A stretch of 64,000 bases of DNA from Vicinamibacteria bacterium (GTDB lineage: Bacteria > Acidobacteriota > Vicinamibacteria > Fen-336): NCBI GenBank assembly GCA_041493035.1, contig JBGPYB010000003.1:1208-65207 (forward strand). The letters are read 5' to 3'. How positions within the stretch are numbered: the stretch's first letter is position 1; each line of letters opens with the position of its first letter. A program made the translations under genes and the position numbers. The notes beneath the pieces were generated by a model. That model worked only from the letters and a program-made list of their open reading frames with translations, ran no database searches and had not been told where the DNA came from. Positions 1 through 8,927 of the stretch are shown here, piece after piece.

Positions 1-401
1 GGCCCGACGTCTACGAGCAGGGTCGTGAGCACGGCACTCGGACGGTCCGGCAGTACGACGAGGCTATCACGGCACCGTACGGCGGCTACTCAAGCGCCGC
101 CGAATATTACGCGGCGTGCAGCGCCGGCCCAAGGTTGAGCCTTGTCAAACGGCCAGCGCTCCTGCTCTCAGCGTGGGACGACCCGATGGTTCCCGGCGAC
201 TCGATCGCACATTGGCCACTACCGGCTTCCGCTCCGGTGACCCGCGAGATCCTTCCGACCGGCGGGCATGTCGGTTTCGTCGCGCCCACGGCCGCTCCCG
301 GTCACTTCTGGGCCGCCGAGCGGGCCATGGCATTCCTGACAGAGCAGCGCGCCATGAGTGGATCGCGCGACCGCGACCTACCTCCGCTCCAGCGTCTGTA
401 G
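1..401 (+). CDS. alpha/beta-fold hydrolase (YheT-like), 5' partial. Frame 3 is open from the window edge and the stop is at 399-401.
   Basis: Frame-3 translation PDVYEQGREHGTRTVRQYDEAITAPYGGYSSAAEYY...LLLSAWDDPMVPGDSI...ILPTGGHVGFV resembles the C-terminal part of predicted alpha/beta hydrolases. The ORF continues upstream off the window. Confidence 0.55.
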   Translation, partial: PDVYEQGREHGTRTVRQYDEAITAPYGGYSSAAEYYAACSAGPRLSLVKRPALLLSAWDDPMVPGDSIAHWPLPASAPVTREILPTGGHVGFVAPTAAPGHFWAAERAMAFLTEQRAMSGSRDRDLPPLQRL

Positions 402-1079
402 CGCGACGTCGAGCGCGCGCTCCGAAGCCTCCTCCAGAAGTGAGGTCAAGGGCTCCATCGAGAGCTGGAACGCGGCTGCGAGGCACTGGTCGAGGCGCTG
501 GCGATCACCGCCGACGAGGATGGGCGCCCGGGCGCGCGCGCGGGTCATGAGGTGAGACGCCGCGAGGCGCGAGACGCGCCCGTTGGCGTCGTCGAAGGGG
601 AGGATCTCGACGAGTCGCGCGAGAGCGAGGGAACCCCGCTGCGCCGCCGAGAGCTCCCGGCTGCTGTCGGCCGAGAGCCAATGGACGAGGCTCTCCAGCC
701 TGGACCGAATGAACTCGACAGGAGCGGCCGGCGGCCCCCCGGCGCGTTCCCGGGGAACCGTGCGGAGCGCGGGCGGGTTGCCGGTCGCTTCCCCATACCA
801 GGCCAAGAGACCGTCGAGGGACAACACAAAGGACTTCTCGCGCAAAGACTGAGCACGCCGAAGCCGTGTCACCGGTTCGGGGCCGACGCCGGTTCGCCGC
901 GCTGCCTTGATCTCGTTCCATGAAAACGAGAAGCCGGCGAGCTCCAGGCTTCCCAGAAGCTGGGCATCCTGGACCTCCTCGGCGAGAGATCCCTCGTCAA
1001 TGCCTCGCTCTCCAAGAAGGGTCCCAAGACGTCTTTCCTTGAGCGCGGCGCTCGGCGCGAGGCGAATGGGACGCACCAC
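378..1079 (-). CDS. Fic/Fido-domain protein with a degenerate active-site motif
   Basis: Core ILPFDDANGRVSRL aligns to the Fic signature HPFx[DE]GNGRxxR, but catalytic H is replaced by L and G by A. 233 aa. Its 3' end overlaps the upstream gene by 24 nt in convergent orientation. Confidence 0.65.
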   Translation of the reverse strand: MVRPIRLAPSAALKERRLGTLLGERGIDEGSLAEEVQDAQLLGSLELAGFSFSWNEIKAARRTGVGPEPVTRLRRAQSLREKSFVLSLDGLLAWYGEATGNPPALRTVPRERAGGPPAAPVEFIRSRLESLVHWLSADSSRELSAAQRGSLALARLVEILPFDDANGRVSRLAASHLMTRARARAPILVGGDRQRLDQCLAAAFQLSMEPLTSLLEEASERALDVALQTLERR

Positions 1080-1124
1080 GAATCGATTCTACGCGGCGCG
1101 GCAGCCTTGCACTAGAATGGGGAG

Positions 1125-1544
1125 ATGAAAGGGCTCGCGCTGGCACTCGTGGTCGTCACCGCGTCCCCGCTCCTTGGGGCGGAGGCCGCGAAGCCGAAAA
1201 AGCCGGCCTTGGAGGTTCGGTTCACACCCCGGTTCGGGTTCTCCCCCCTGAACGTGCTCTTCATCGCGGAGTTGAAGGGCGGAGCCGACGTCGAGGAGTT
1301 CTACTGCCCGGAGATCGAGTGGGACTGGGATGACGGCGGCAAGAGCGTCAAGGAATCGGACTGCCCACCCTACGAGGACGGCGTCACCCACATCGAGCGT
1401 CGCTTCAGTCAGGAGCACGGTTTCGTGCGGGCAGGCGTCTACGCGGTCAAGATCACGATGCGCCGCTCCAACCACCTGATCGCCAAGCAGACGGCCAACG
1501 TGACGGTCCGCCCCGGCCTCGGGGATCCCTCGAACAGTCCCTGA
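1125..1544 (+). CDS. small secreted protein with PKD-like motif (hypothetical)
   Basis: N-terminal signal peptide MKGLALALVVVTASPLLGAEA. WDWDDGGKS resembles the PKD WxFGDG motif. 139 aa. Confidence 0.5.
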   Translation: MKGLALALVVVTASPLLGAEAAKPKKPALEVRFTPRFGFSPLNVLFIAELKGGADVEEFYCPEIEWDWDDGGKSVKESDCPPYEDGVTHIERRFSQEHGFVRAGVYAVKITMRRSNHLIAKQTANVTVRPGLGDPSNSP

Positions 1545-1577
1545 GAGCGGGCCTGTTCCATGGCCGGGACGCCGCTC

Positions 1578-1606
1578 TTGACAGACATATGGTACATATG
1601 TACCGT
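1578..1606 (+). promoter_or_regulatory. sigma70-like promoter with embedded perfect palindrome operator
   Basis: TTGACA at 1578-1583, a 17-nt spacer, then TACCGT at 1601-1606. The perfect palindrome GGTACATATGTACC at 1591-1604 overlaps the spacer and -10. A further GTACC copy follows at 1608-1612. The ATG at 1613 lies ~7 nt after the -10, implying a leaderless or near-leaderless mRNA. Confidence 0.4.
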
Positions 1607-1612
1607 AGTACC

Positions 1613-1927
1613 ATGCGAACGAAAACCACGCCTCGCAGACCCGCCCCGAAGGCTCGTAAAGCCGGCGCCCGCAGCTTGCTCGTGGAGCGGATTCAGACGG
1701 GCGTGCGCCTTGAAAAGCGCCTCCTCAAGGTCCTGAAGGCACTTGCGGAGCTCCACGACATCTCTCTCGGAGACCTCCTCGAGGGGATCGTCCTCCATGC
1801 CTTCGAAGGGAAAGCTCCCTTCGGAGAGAGCTCACTCCGGAAGATCGGGGAGCTAAAACGGGTTTACGGCCTGGACCTCGATGCCCGTGACAGCCACCGC
1901 CTTCGCGAGGCCGGGGATGTGGCCTAA
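1613..1927 (+). CDS. ribbon-helix-helix (CopG/Arc/MetJ-like) DNA-binding protein, putative autoregulator/antitoxin-like
   Basis: TGVRLEKRLLKVLKALAELHDISLGDLLEGIVLHA fits a beta-strand-helix-helix RHH pattern. The N-terminus is basic. The track ORF starts at 1589, but the first three ATGs sit inside the palindrome. 1613 is preferred. Confidence 0.5.
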   Translation: MRTKTTPRRPAPKARKAGARSLLVERIQTGVRLEKRLLKVLKALAELHDISLGDLLEGIVLHAFEGKAPFGESSLRKIGELKRVYGLDLDARDSHRLREAGDVA

Positions 1928-2336
1928 GGGCTTGTCCCCAGCAGAGAACGCCGTCCTTCGCGGGTTCGAGGAGGGGCGCGGCCCAGGAGACGCGTTCCAC
2001 CACGAGGATCACGTTCGAATGGGATGGCTGCACCTGCGGAGCTATCCGACCGCTGAGGCGCTCTCTCGATTCAGCGAGGGACTTCGGCGCCTCGCGCTGA
2101 GGGCCGGGAAGCCGAACCTCTATCACGAGACGGTCACCTGGGCCTACTTGCTCCTGATCAACGAACGCATGGAGCGCGGCGGGCGCGACGCGCCGTGGGA
2201 GGAGTTCGCGCGGCGGAACAGCGACCTTCTGACGTGGCAGCCGTCGGTTCTCGACGCTTACTACGATGCGGTGGTTCTGAACTCCGCGCTCGCCCGGGCG
2301 GTATTCGTCTTGCCCAGGAGAACGGCCTCCGGCTAG
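1917..2336 (+). CDS. hypothetical protein translationally coupled to the RHH gene (unknown family)
   Basis: ATG at 1917 overlaps the last codons of the RHH gene (ATGTGGCCTAA). The track ORF is 1881..2336. No recognisable motif beyond FHHEDH and YHETVTWAY. The 3' end overlaps the rho 3' end through a shared CTAG. Confidence 0.4.
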   Translation: MWPKGLSPAENAVLRGFEEGRGPGDAFHHEDHVRMGWLHLRSYPTAEALSRFSEGLRRLALRAGKPNLYHETVTWAYLLLINERMERGGRDAPWEEFARRNSDLLTWQPSVLDAYYDAVVLNSALARAVFVLPRRTASG

Positions 2337-3820
2337 CCGCCGCTCGACATGCTCTCCAGGAACTCCTTGTTGGTCTTGGTCTTGGCGAGGCGCTCGATGA
2401 GAAGCTCCATCGCCTCGACGGGAGACAGGGCCGAAAGGACCTTGCGGAGAATCCAGGCGCGACTCAGCTCTTCCTTCGGGACGAGGATCTCGTCTTTGCG
2501 GGTGCCGCTGCGGTTGATGTCGATGGAGGGGAAGATGCGCTTGTCAGTGAGCTTGCGGTCCAGAACGATCTCGGCGTTGCCCGTCCCCTTGAACTCCTCG
2601 AAGATCACGTCGTCCATCCGAGATCCCGTTTCGACGAGAGCGGAGGCGATGATCGTGAGACTCCCTCCCTCCTCGACGTTCCGGGCGGCTCCGAAGAAGC
2701 GCTTCGGACGCTGCAAGGCATTGCTGTCGACGCCCCCCGAGAGCACCTTCCCCGACGGCGGCACGATGGTGTTGTAGGCCCGCGCAAGACGGGTGATGGA
2801 GTCGAGGAGGATCACGACGTCCTTCTTGTGTTCCACGAGACGCTTGGCCTTCTCCATGACCATCTCGGCCACCTGGACGTGGCGGTCGGCGGGTTCGTCG
2901 AACGTCGACGAGATCACCTCACCGTGAACCGACCGCTGCATGTCCGTCACCTCCTCGGGACGCTCGTCGATCAGCAACACGATGAGGACCACTTCGGGGT
3001 GGTTGGTCGTGATGGCGTTGGCGATCGCCTGGAGGAGCATCGTCTTTCCCGTGCGGGGCGCCGCGACGATCAAGGCCCGCTGCCCCTTGCCGAGGGGCGC
3101 CATGAGATCGAGGACACGGGTGGAGAGAGCCTCGGAAACCGTCTCGAGCTTGATGCGGTCCTGGGGATAGAGGGGTGTCAGGTTGTCGAAGAGGACCTTT
3201 TCCTTCGAACGGTCCGGAGGTTCGAAGTTGACGGCATCCACCTTGATGAGGGCAAAGTAGCGCTCGTCTTCCTTGGGAGGGCGGATCTGGCCGCTGATGG
3301 TGTCCCCGGTGCGAAGGTCGAACTTGCGGATCTGGGAGGGCGAAACGTAGATGTCGTCGGGGCCCGGGAGATAGCAGTACTCCGGGGCCCTCAGGAACCC
3401 GAAGCCGTCGGGGAGGATCTCGAGGACTCCCTCGGAGAAGATGAGCCCTTCCTTCTCGGCCTGGGCGCGGAGGATCTGGAAGACCAGCTCTTGCTTCTTC
3501 ATGGCCGCGGCGCCCGGGATCTCGAGTCCCTTCGCCACCGCAGACAGCTTCTGGATCCCCATCTCCTTGAGAACGGCAAGGTCGAGACGCGGCGCCTCTG
3601 GCACCTCGGCCGGCGGCGTGGCGGCAGTCTCGGGCACGGGCTCAAGAGGCTGGGGCGCCGCCTCGGCAACTATGACGACGGGCTCCTCGGGCTCCGGCGT
3701 CGCACTCGAGGCATTCGCCGGGCTCTCTTCGCGCGGCCCGGGGGCGGCTCTCCGCGCCCGGCTGCGACGCGTAGAAGAAGCGGGCTGGGAAGGAGGGGAC
3801 GGCTCTTCTTCGTTGGCCAT
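2333..3820 (-). CDS. rho: transcription termination factor Rho
   Basis: Strong match across the N-terminal domain ([39 protein letters not shown]) and the RecA-like domain ([16 protein letters not shown]...[10 protein letters not shown]). There is an ~85-aa Pro/Glu/Ala-rich N-terminal extension, so the start is uncertain. Confidence 0.93.
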   Translation of the reverse strand: MANEEEPSPPSQPASSTRRSRARRAAPGPREESPANASSATPEPEEPVVIVAEAAPQPLEPVPETAATPPAEVPEAPRLDLAVLKEMGIQKLSAVAKGLEIPGAAAMKKQELVFQILRAQAEKEGLIFSEGVLEILPDGFGFLRAPEYCYLPGPDDIYVSPSQIRKFDLRTGDTISGQIRPPKEDERYFALIKVDAVNFEPPDRSKEKVLFDNLTPLYPQDRIKLETVSEALSTRVLDLMAPLGKGQRALIVAAPRTGKTMLLQAIANAITTNHPEVVLIVLLIDERPEEVTDMQRSVHGEVISSTFDEPADRHVQVAEMVMEKAKRLVEHKKDVVILLDSITRLARAYNTIVPPSGKVLSGGVDSNALQRPKRFFGAARNVEEGGSLTIIASALVETGSRMDDVIFEEFKGTGNAEIVLDRKLTDKRIFPSIDINRSGTRKDEILVPKEELSRAWILRKVLSALSPVEAMELLIERLAKTKTNKEFLESMSSGG

Positions 3821-3945
3821 GGCGTGTCTCGTCGGTGCGCGAGATGGGGGAAGAGCAGAACTAGGTGTTCGCTCGTCTGGATCGGATGAGTGGACGATAG
3901 TGGAATCGCCCCGCGGGTGTCAACTCCAGGTCCAGGGCGACGGCG

Positions 3946-4393
3946 TCAGCGAGCCGTGTTCGCCACCTTCAGCGCCTTCACGGTCGGCGGGAGCTCCGTC
4001 GCAGCCGCAACGTACCCAACCCCCCCGGGGTTCTTCGCGATGTAACCAATGACTTCCGCATCGGTCGCTTTGACGAGGGGCGGGAACTCCCTCGTCTCCA
4101 ACATCCGCTTCCGCCAGTGATTCTGGACGGCCGGAAGAGGCATGCCAAGTATCTCCCGGGAGAAGGCCTCGCGGACCGGGGAGGTCATCGACTGATCTAC
4201 CGGGTCTCCTGCGGGGCCGTGAGCCCAGGCGACGTTCCGGCTCATGAAGAGCTGAGCCAAGACGTCCTTCTTGATGCTCGTGGTGGGATTGGAGGCGTTC
4301 ACGACGATCTTGTACGCGGCCTCCTGGGCCCACGCAGCGCCCGAGGCGAGAAGCATGACGAATGCGATGGCAGGTTTCAGGGGGATCCTCACG
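3946..4393 (-). CDS. PstS-like phosphate-binding (PBP superfamily) domain protein, secreted
   Basis: Signal peptide [23 protein letters not shown], then [22 protein letters not shown]...[15 protein letters not shown] typical of PstS-family binding domains. Probable GTG start at ~4393, overlapping the upstream stop. Confidence 0.5.
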
Positions 4394-5756
4394 ATTCCAT
4401 GGTCTTGAGCGCCGGATCTACGATGAGACCGGCGCCCGTGGCTTTCTTCACGGCGTCCAGGGTCGTATCCGGGGCAATTTCCTTCAGAACGAGCCCTTCC
4501 TTGGCAACCTCGATCACGGCCATCTCCGTGACGATCAAGTTCACACAGCGGCGGCCGGTCAAAGGCAACGTACAGTGCTCGAGGATCTTCGGAGTCCCGT
4601 CTTTGGCGCAATGCTCCATGGTCACGACGACGCGCTTCGCACCCGAGACGAGGTCCATGGCGCCCCCCATCCCCTTGACCATTTTCCCCGGGATCATCCA
4701 GTTGGCCAGGTTTCCCTCGTGGTCGACCTGCAAGGCACCCAGGATCGTGAGATCGACGTGGCCGCCTCTCACCATCGCGAAGGAATCGGCGCTCGAGAAA
4801 TAGGAGGTCCCGGGAAGCTCCGTCACGGTCTCCTTCCCCGCGTTGATGAGGTCCGGGTCCTCTTGGCCTGGCTCCGGGTAGGGTCCGACACCGAGCATCC
4901 CGTTCTCGGAATGAAGCACGATCGAAATCCCGTCCGGAACGTAGTTCGACGCCAGCGTCGGCATTCCGATCCCGAGGTTCACGTAGTACCCGTCCTTCAT
5001 CTCCCGGGCCGCACGACGCACGATGCGTTCGCGCTTGGGATCGCTCTCGACTCCCCCGCCACCCTGGACCGTCCGCTTCTCGATCCTCTTCTCGTACCCA
5101 CGTCCCTCAAAGATCCTATTGACGAAGATCCCTGGAGTGGTGACCGCGTCCGGGTCAATGGCGCCCGCGGGCACCAACTTCTCCACTTCGGCGATGGTGG
5201 TATGAGCGGCCATGGCCATCATCGGCGCGAAATTCCGCGTCGTGCGGCGGAAGAGAAGGTTCCCGAGCGGATCCCCCTTCCAGGCTTTCACGAAAGCGTA
5301 GTCCGCTCTGAGCGCGGTCTCAAGAACGTGGGGCCGGCCGCCGAACCACCGCACTTCCTTCCCCTCGGCGATGACCGTGCCGTACCCCGTGGGCGTGAAG
5401 AAAGCGGGGACGCCGGCGCCTCCCGCGCGCATCCGTTCGGCGAACGTACCCTGCGGATTGAGCTCCACGTCGATTTCGCCCGCTAAGGCCATCTTCTCGA
5501 ACACCTTGTTCTCGCCGACGTACGTCGAGATCATCTTGCGAACCTGCTTGTTCTGGAGGAGGACGGTAATGCCGAAGTCGTTGGTCCCCGCGTTGTTGCT
5601 GATCATGGTCAGGTTCTTCGAGCCCTTGTCACGAAGGGCCAGGAGGAGATTCTCGGGAATTCCACAGAGGCCAAACCCCGACACCATGATCGACGCGCCG
5701 TCGGGGATGTCGCTCACCGCGGTCGACGCGTCCTTGACGACCTTGTTCATCGGGCT
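4389..5756 (-). CDS. 3-oxoacid CoA-transferase, fused A+B subunits (SCOT-like)
   Basis: N-terminal half matches subunit A ([35 protein letters not shown]). C-terminal half matches subunit B ([23 protein letters not shown]...SENG). Continuous frame. The track ORF extends to 6002, but the conserved start is MNKVV. Confidence 0.85.
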   Translation of the reverse strand, partial: SPMNKVVKDASTAVSDIPDGASIMVSGFGLCGIPENLLLALRDKGSKNLTMISNNAGTNDFGITVLLQNKQVRKMISTYVGENKVFEKMALAGEIDVELNPQGTFAERMRAGGAGVPAFFTPTGYGTVIAEGKEVRWFGGRPHVLETALRADYAFVKAWKGDPLGNLLFRRTTRNFAPMMAMAAHTTIAEVEKLVPAGAIDPDAVTTPGIFVNRIFEGRGYEKRIEKRTVQGGGGVESDPKRERIVRRAAREMKDGYYVNLGIGMPTLASNYVPDGISIVLHSENGMLGVGPYPEPGQEDPDLINAGKETVTELPGTSYFSSADSFAMVRGGHVDLTILGALQVDHEGNLANWMIPGKMVKGMGGAMDLVSGAKRVVVTMEHCAKDGTPKILEHCTLPLTGRRCVNLIVTEMAVIEVAKEGLVLKEIAPDTTLDAVKKATGAGLIVDPALKTMES

Positions 5757-5785
5757 GCTCCTCGAGGGGAGGATGATACCAGAGG

Positions 5786-6559
5786 CTAATGTCCGGCGCG
5801 GAGGGCGAGGGTCGAGCGACGAAGGCGGCGCTCGAGGGCCTTGAGCGCTCGCGCGATCTCGTCGCGATTCTGGGACAGGATCTCGCGCCAAAGGCTTCGC
5901 GGGCTGCGCGCGAGACGCGTCATGTCTTGGAACCCAGGGCCCGCGATGCGGCGATATCGGCGGGCGACGGGGTCGCAGTCGACCGCGGCCTGGATCGCCC
6001 ACGAGGCAATCTGCGGAGCATGGCTCAAGAACGCCACGGATCGGTCATGCACCGATGCCGTCATCACAACGGGCCGCGCGCCTACGGCTCGGACGAGAGC
6101 CCGGACACGCTGGCTCGCGGCGCGCTCCGCAGGCATCATGACCCATGGACGACCATGAAACAGGTCCGCAGTCGAAGCGCCAAAGCCCGAAGCCTCGGTC
6201 CCCGCCATCGGGTGGCCGCCGACGAAGCGGCGAAGACCCAGGCGACGCGCCTCGCGGCAGATGGCGCCCTTGACGCTTCCGACGTCGGTGACGACCGCTG
6301 CCGTTCCGAGGGCGGCCAGGCGCTCAAGCAGCCGGAGGTTGGCCTGGGGTGGAGCCGCCAGGACCACGATGTCGGCCTCGCGCGCCGCCCTTTCGAGCCG
6401 GAGGATACCGGCTTCGATGGCGCCGGCCTCCCGTGCCTTCCGAAGAACCGACGGTTTGTCGACACCCAGGACGCGCCAACCCCGACGACTCAAGGCCCGG
6501 GCCAGGGATCCCCCGACCAGCCCGAGCCCGACGATCGCCACCGTGGGCCGGCTCTTCAT
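5786..6559 (-). CDS. tyrA: prephenate/arogenate dehydrogenase
   Basis: NAD-binding [19 protein letters not shown] motif, 257 aa. ATGA overlap with the upstream permease stop. The track merges it into a spurious 825-aa ORF. Confidence 0.85.
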   Translation of the reverse strand: MKSRPTVAIVGLGLVGGSLARALSRRGWRVLGVDKPSVLRKAREAGAIEAGILRLERAAREADIVVLAAPPQANLRLLERLAALGTAAVVTDVGSVKGAICREARRLGLRRFVGGHPMAGTEASGFGASTADLFHGRPWVMMPAERAASQRVRALVRAVGARPVVMTASVHDRSVAFLSHAPQIASWAIQAAVDCDPVARRYRRIAGPGFQDMTRLARSPRSLWREILSQNRDEIARALKALERRLRRSTLALRAGH

Positions 6560-8163
6560 GCCTCCACCAGGACGCGCTCCAGAATCTCGGGCTCGCGCTT
6601 CTCCATCAGCCGGGCGGCTCCGGCCACGAGCATGGCGTAGACGCAGGCAGCGCCCGCCAGCCCCAGCGGAAGCGTGGCGGCCCAGAGCCACGGACGACCC
6701 AGAAGAGCCGGGAGCCACGCGAGAAAGGCGAACGGGCTGGAGAGGACGAGTGCGAGGACGAGGAGCATCAGGCTGACGGCTGCCGCCCCGAGCCCCCGAC
6801 CTCGGGCCGCGGCGCGACCGTAGGGATTTGCGGCCGCTCCGGGCACGGCCATCGGAAAGAGAATCGACATGTAGTTGTCGACCCCCGCGGAGAGCATGAG
6901 CGTGAGCACGGCGATGGTCGCGGCAGCAGGAACGTAGGTGGGCGGAGCCAGGAAAACCGTGGCCAGAGCCAGCGTAAGCAGGCTCGGAAGCCGGAAAGTC
7001 AGAGCCGCGAGGTTCTTGCCGACGAGAACGCGCCAACGATCCACTGGGAAGAGAAGGAGAAGTGCTATCCCGCGGCGTTCCATGCCGAGGGCATTTGACC
7101 CGAAGGTGGACACGCCCACAAAGGATGCGAGGAGCAGGACCGGCGTCCCTGAGGCGAGAGACGGTCCGCCACGGGAGAGAAAGAACAGAACGACGATCGA
7201 TCCCGCGAGGCCCATGACCAGCACGGCCCGCAGGCCTGGATCGCGCCACGCCAGACGAAGGTCCTTCTCGACGAGCGCCCCGAGAGCGCCCGGCAACGCC
7301 ATGCGCGACGGACGCCGTGAGCGGACGGCGCCCCCGCCCATCGCGATGTGGCCCCGCTGGATGCCCTGTACGAGCCCCGCCGAGGCTGCCATCGCTCCAC
7401 CGATCGCGGCCGTCGCCAGGAGACCGTAGGCCACCGCTGGCACGGCCTGACCGCGACCGGCGTGTATCGCCGCCCGCACTCCCCAAGCATACGGAGAGGC
7501 CATGAAGACATCCCTTGCCGACAACGCGTGGGCCACAGTCGCCAACCCGCCCGGGCCACTCGTCAAGAGCAGAAGGGGAGCGAGGCTCAGGAGAAGCCCG
7601 GCAGCGAGGCCAAGGAAGAGAAGGATGTCGTGGAGGCGCCTCTGGCGGGAGAGGCCGTGGAGAAGTAGCCCCGCGACCTGAGCGCAGGCGAGGATCAGGA
7701 CGAACGTCAGGGCGACCCCGAGCAGGGCTGCGGGAAAGCGAATGGCGTTTACTCCGGCAACCGCCGCCGCCGCCGCAACCAGGATCGGCGCCTCGGCGAG
7801 GGCGGCAGGCTGGGCCAGGTTGGCCACCAGGGACGAGACGGCCAGGGTCGACAGCGGAATCGGGAAGTGCATGAGCCGCGAGACGTCCGCGGCCTCCGAG
7901 AGGACGACCCCCGCCAGCAGTGGCGATGCCGCCCAGAAGAGGCCGATCCCCGTGGCGGCTGCCGAAGCCATGGGCAGCACCAACTCGGGCTCGGTCCCCT
8001 CGAGTCCGCGGAAGACGCCGAAGACGATCATGCTGCCGAGGGCCGAGAAGACGAGAGCGCCGGGAACGAAGAAGAGGAGGCCGAAGGCCCGCTCCCGAGC
8101 GCCGAGCAGTCGCCGCAGGTCCATGCGCCAGCGGCACGCGACGAGAGCGATCAGCCGATCCAT
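6556..8163 (-). CDS. ABC-2-type exporter permease (large, multi-TM)
   Basis: 535-aa polytopic hydrophobic protein immediately downstream of, and overlapping, the ABC ATPase gene. No specific substrate signature. Confidence 0.65.
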   Translation of the reverse strand: MDRLIALVACRWRMDLRRLLGARERAFGLLFFVPGALVFSALGSMIVFGVFRGLEGTEPELVLPMASAAATGIGLFWAASPLLAGVVLSEAADVSRLMHFPIPLSTLAVSSLVANLAQPAALAEAPILVAAAAAVAGVNAIRFPAALLGVALTFVLILACAQVAGLLLHGLSRQRRLHDILLFLGLAAGLLLSLAPLLLLTSGPGGLATVAHALSARDVFMASPYAWGVRAAIHAGRGQAVPAVAYGLLATAAIGGAMAASAGLVQGIQRGHIAMGGGAVRSRRPSRMALPGALGALVEKDLRLAWRDPGLRAVLVMGLAGSIVVLFFLSRGGPSLASGTPVLLLASFVGVSTFGSNALGMERRGIALLLLFPVDRWRVLVGKNLAALTFRLPSLLTLALATVFLAPPTYVPAAATIAVLTLMLSAGVDNYMSILFPMAVPGAAANPYGRAAARGRGLGAAAVSLMLLVLALVLSSPFAFLAWLPALLGRPWLWAATLPLGLAGAACVYAMLVAGAARLMEKREPEILERVLVEA

Positions 8164-8927
8164 GTAAGATCCTGTCGGCGGACGTCGGCGTCCACGAGCT
8201 TGAGGAAAACGTCCTCGAGGCTCGCGTCCTGTCCCACCGCTCGCTGTGCGCGGATCTCATCAAGAGAACCCTGAGCCACGATGTGGCCGCGGTCGATGAT
8301 CGCGACCTCGTCGCAAAGGCGCTCCACGACGTCCAGGACGTGAGTGGTGAAGAACAGCGTCACGCCCTTCTGGGCCATCCGCCTTAGCAGGTCCGTCACG
8401 ATCCGTCCCGAGATCGGGTCGATGCCGTTCAAAGGCTCATCGAGGAAGACGACCCGCGGATTGTGGATGAGCGCCGCTGCCAACGCGACCTTCTTCTTCA
8501 TCCCCTGGGAGTAGTCGAGGAGAAGGGTCCCGCGATCTTCGGCGAGCGACAGGAACTCGAGCAGCTCATCGGTGCGACGACGCGTTTCCGCCGCCGACAG
8601 CCCGTACATGCGGCCGGCGAAGTGGAGGTACTCCTCGCCGGTCAGACGCTCGTAGAGCGGCAGTTCCTCGGGAAGCACTCCGATGATCTTCTTGATCTCC
8701 AGAAGGTTGCCGCTGATGGGGTGCCCCTCGATGGACGCATCCCCCGACGTCGGACGCAGGAGCCCCGTGAGCATCTTGATGGTCGTGCTCTTCCCCGCGC
8801 CGTTCGGTCCAAGGAATCCAAAGAAGCGTCCGCGGGCGATGCGAAACGAGAGGGAGTCGACGGCGGTCTTCTGTCGGAAGACCTTGGTCAGGCCCGACAC
8901 GACGATCGCATGTGACGCCTCGTCCAT
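8151..8927 (-). CDS. ABC transporter ATP-binding protein
   Basis: Walker A GPNGAGKST, signature YSQGMKKKV, Walker B VVFLDEP. 258 aa. Confidence 0.9.
   Translation of the reverse strand: MDEASHAIVVSGLTKVFRQKTAVDSLSFRIARGRFFGFLGPNGAGKSTTIKMLTGLLRPTSGDASIEGHPISGNLLEIKKIIGVLPEELPLYERLTGEEYLHFAGRMYGLSAAETRRRTDELLEFLSLAEDRGTLLLDYSQGMKKKVALAAALIHNPRVVFLDEPLNGIDPISGRIVTDLLRRMAQKGVTLFFTTHVLDVVERLCDEVAIIDRGHIVAQGSLDEIRAQRAVGQDASLEDVFLKLVDADVRRQDLTWIG

Noticed and set aside
3441-4052. 203-aa plus-strand ORF spanning the rho start and leader
   Set aside because: Antisense to rho and its leader. Ser/Gly/Ala-rich with no motif.
5786-8263. 825-aa minus-strand ORF
   Set aside because: Chimera. Only the last 257 codons (tyrA) are supported. 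Upstream it runs in an alternate frame through the ABC permease gene with Arg/Gly/Pro-rich junk typical of GC-driven open frames.
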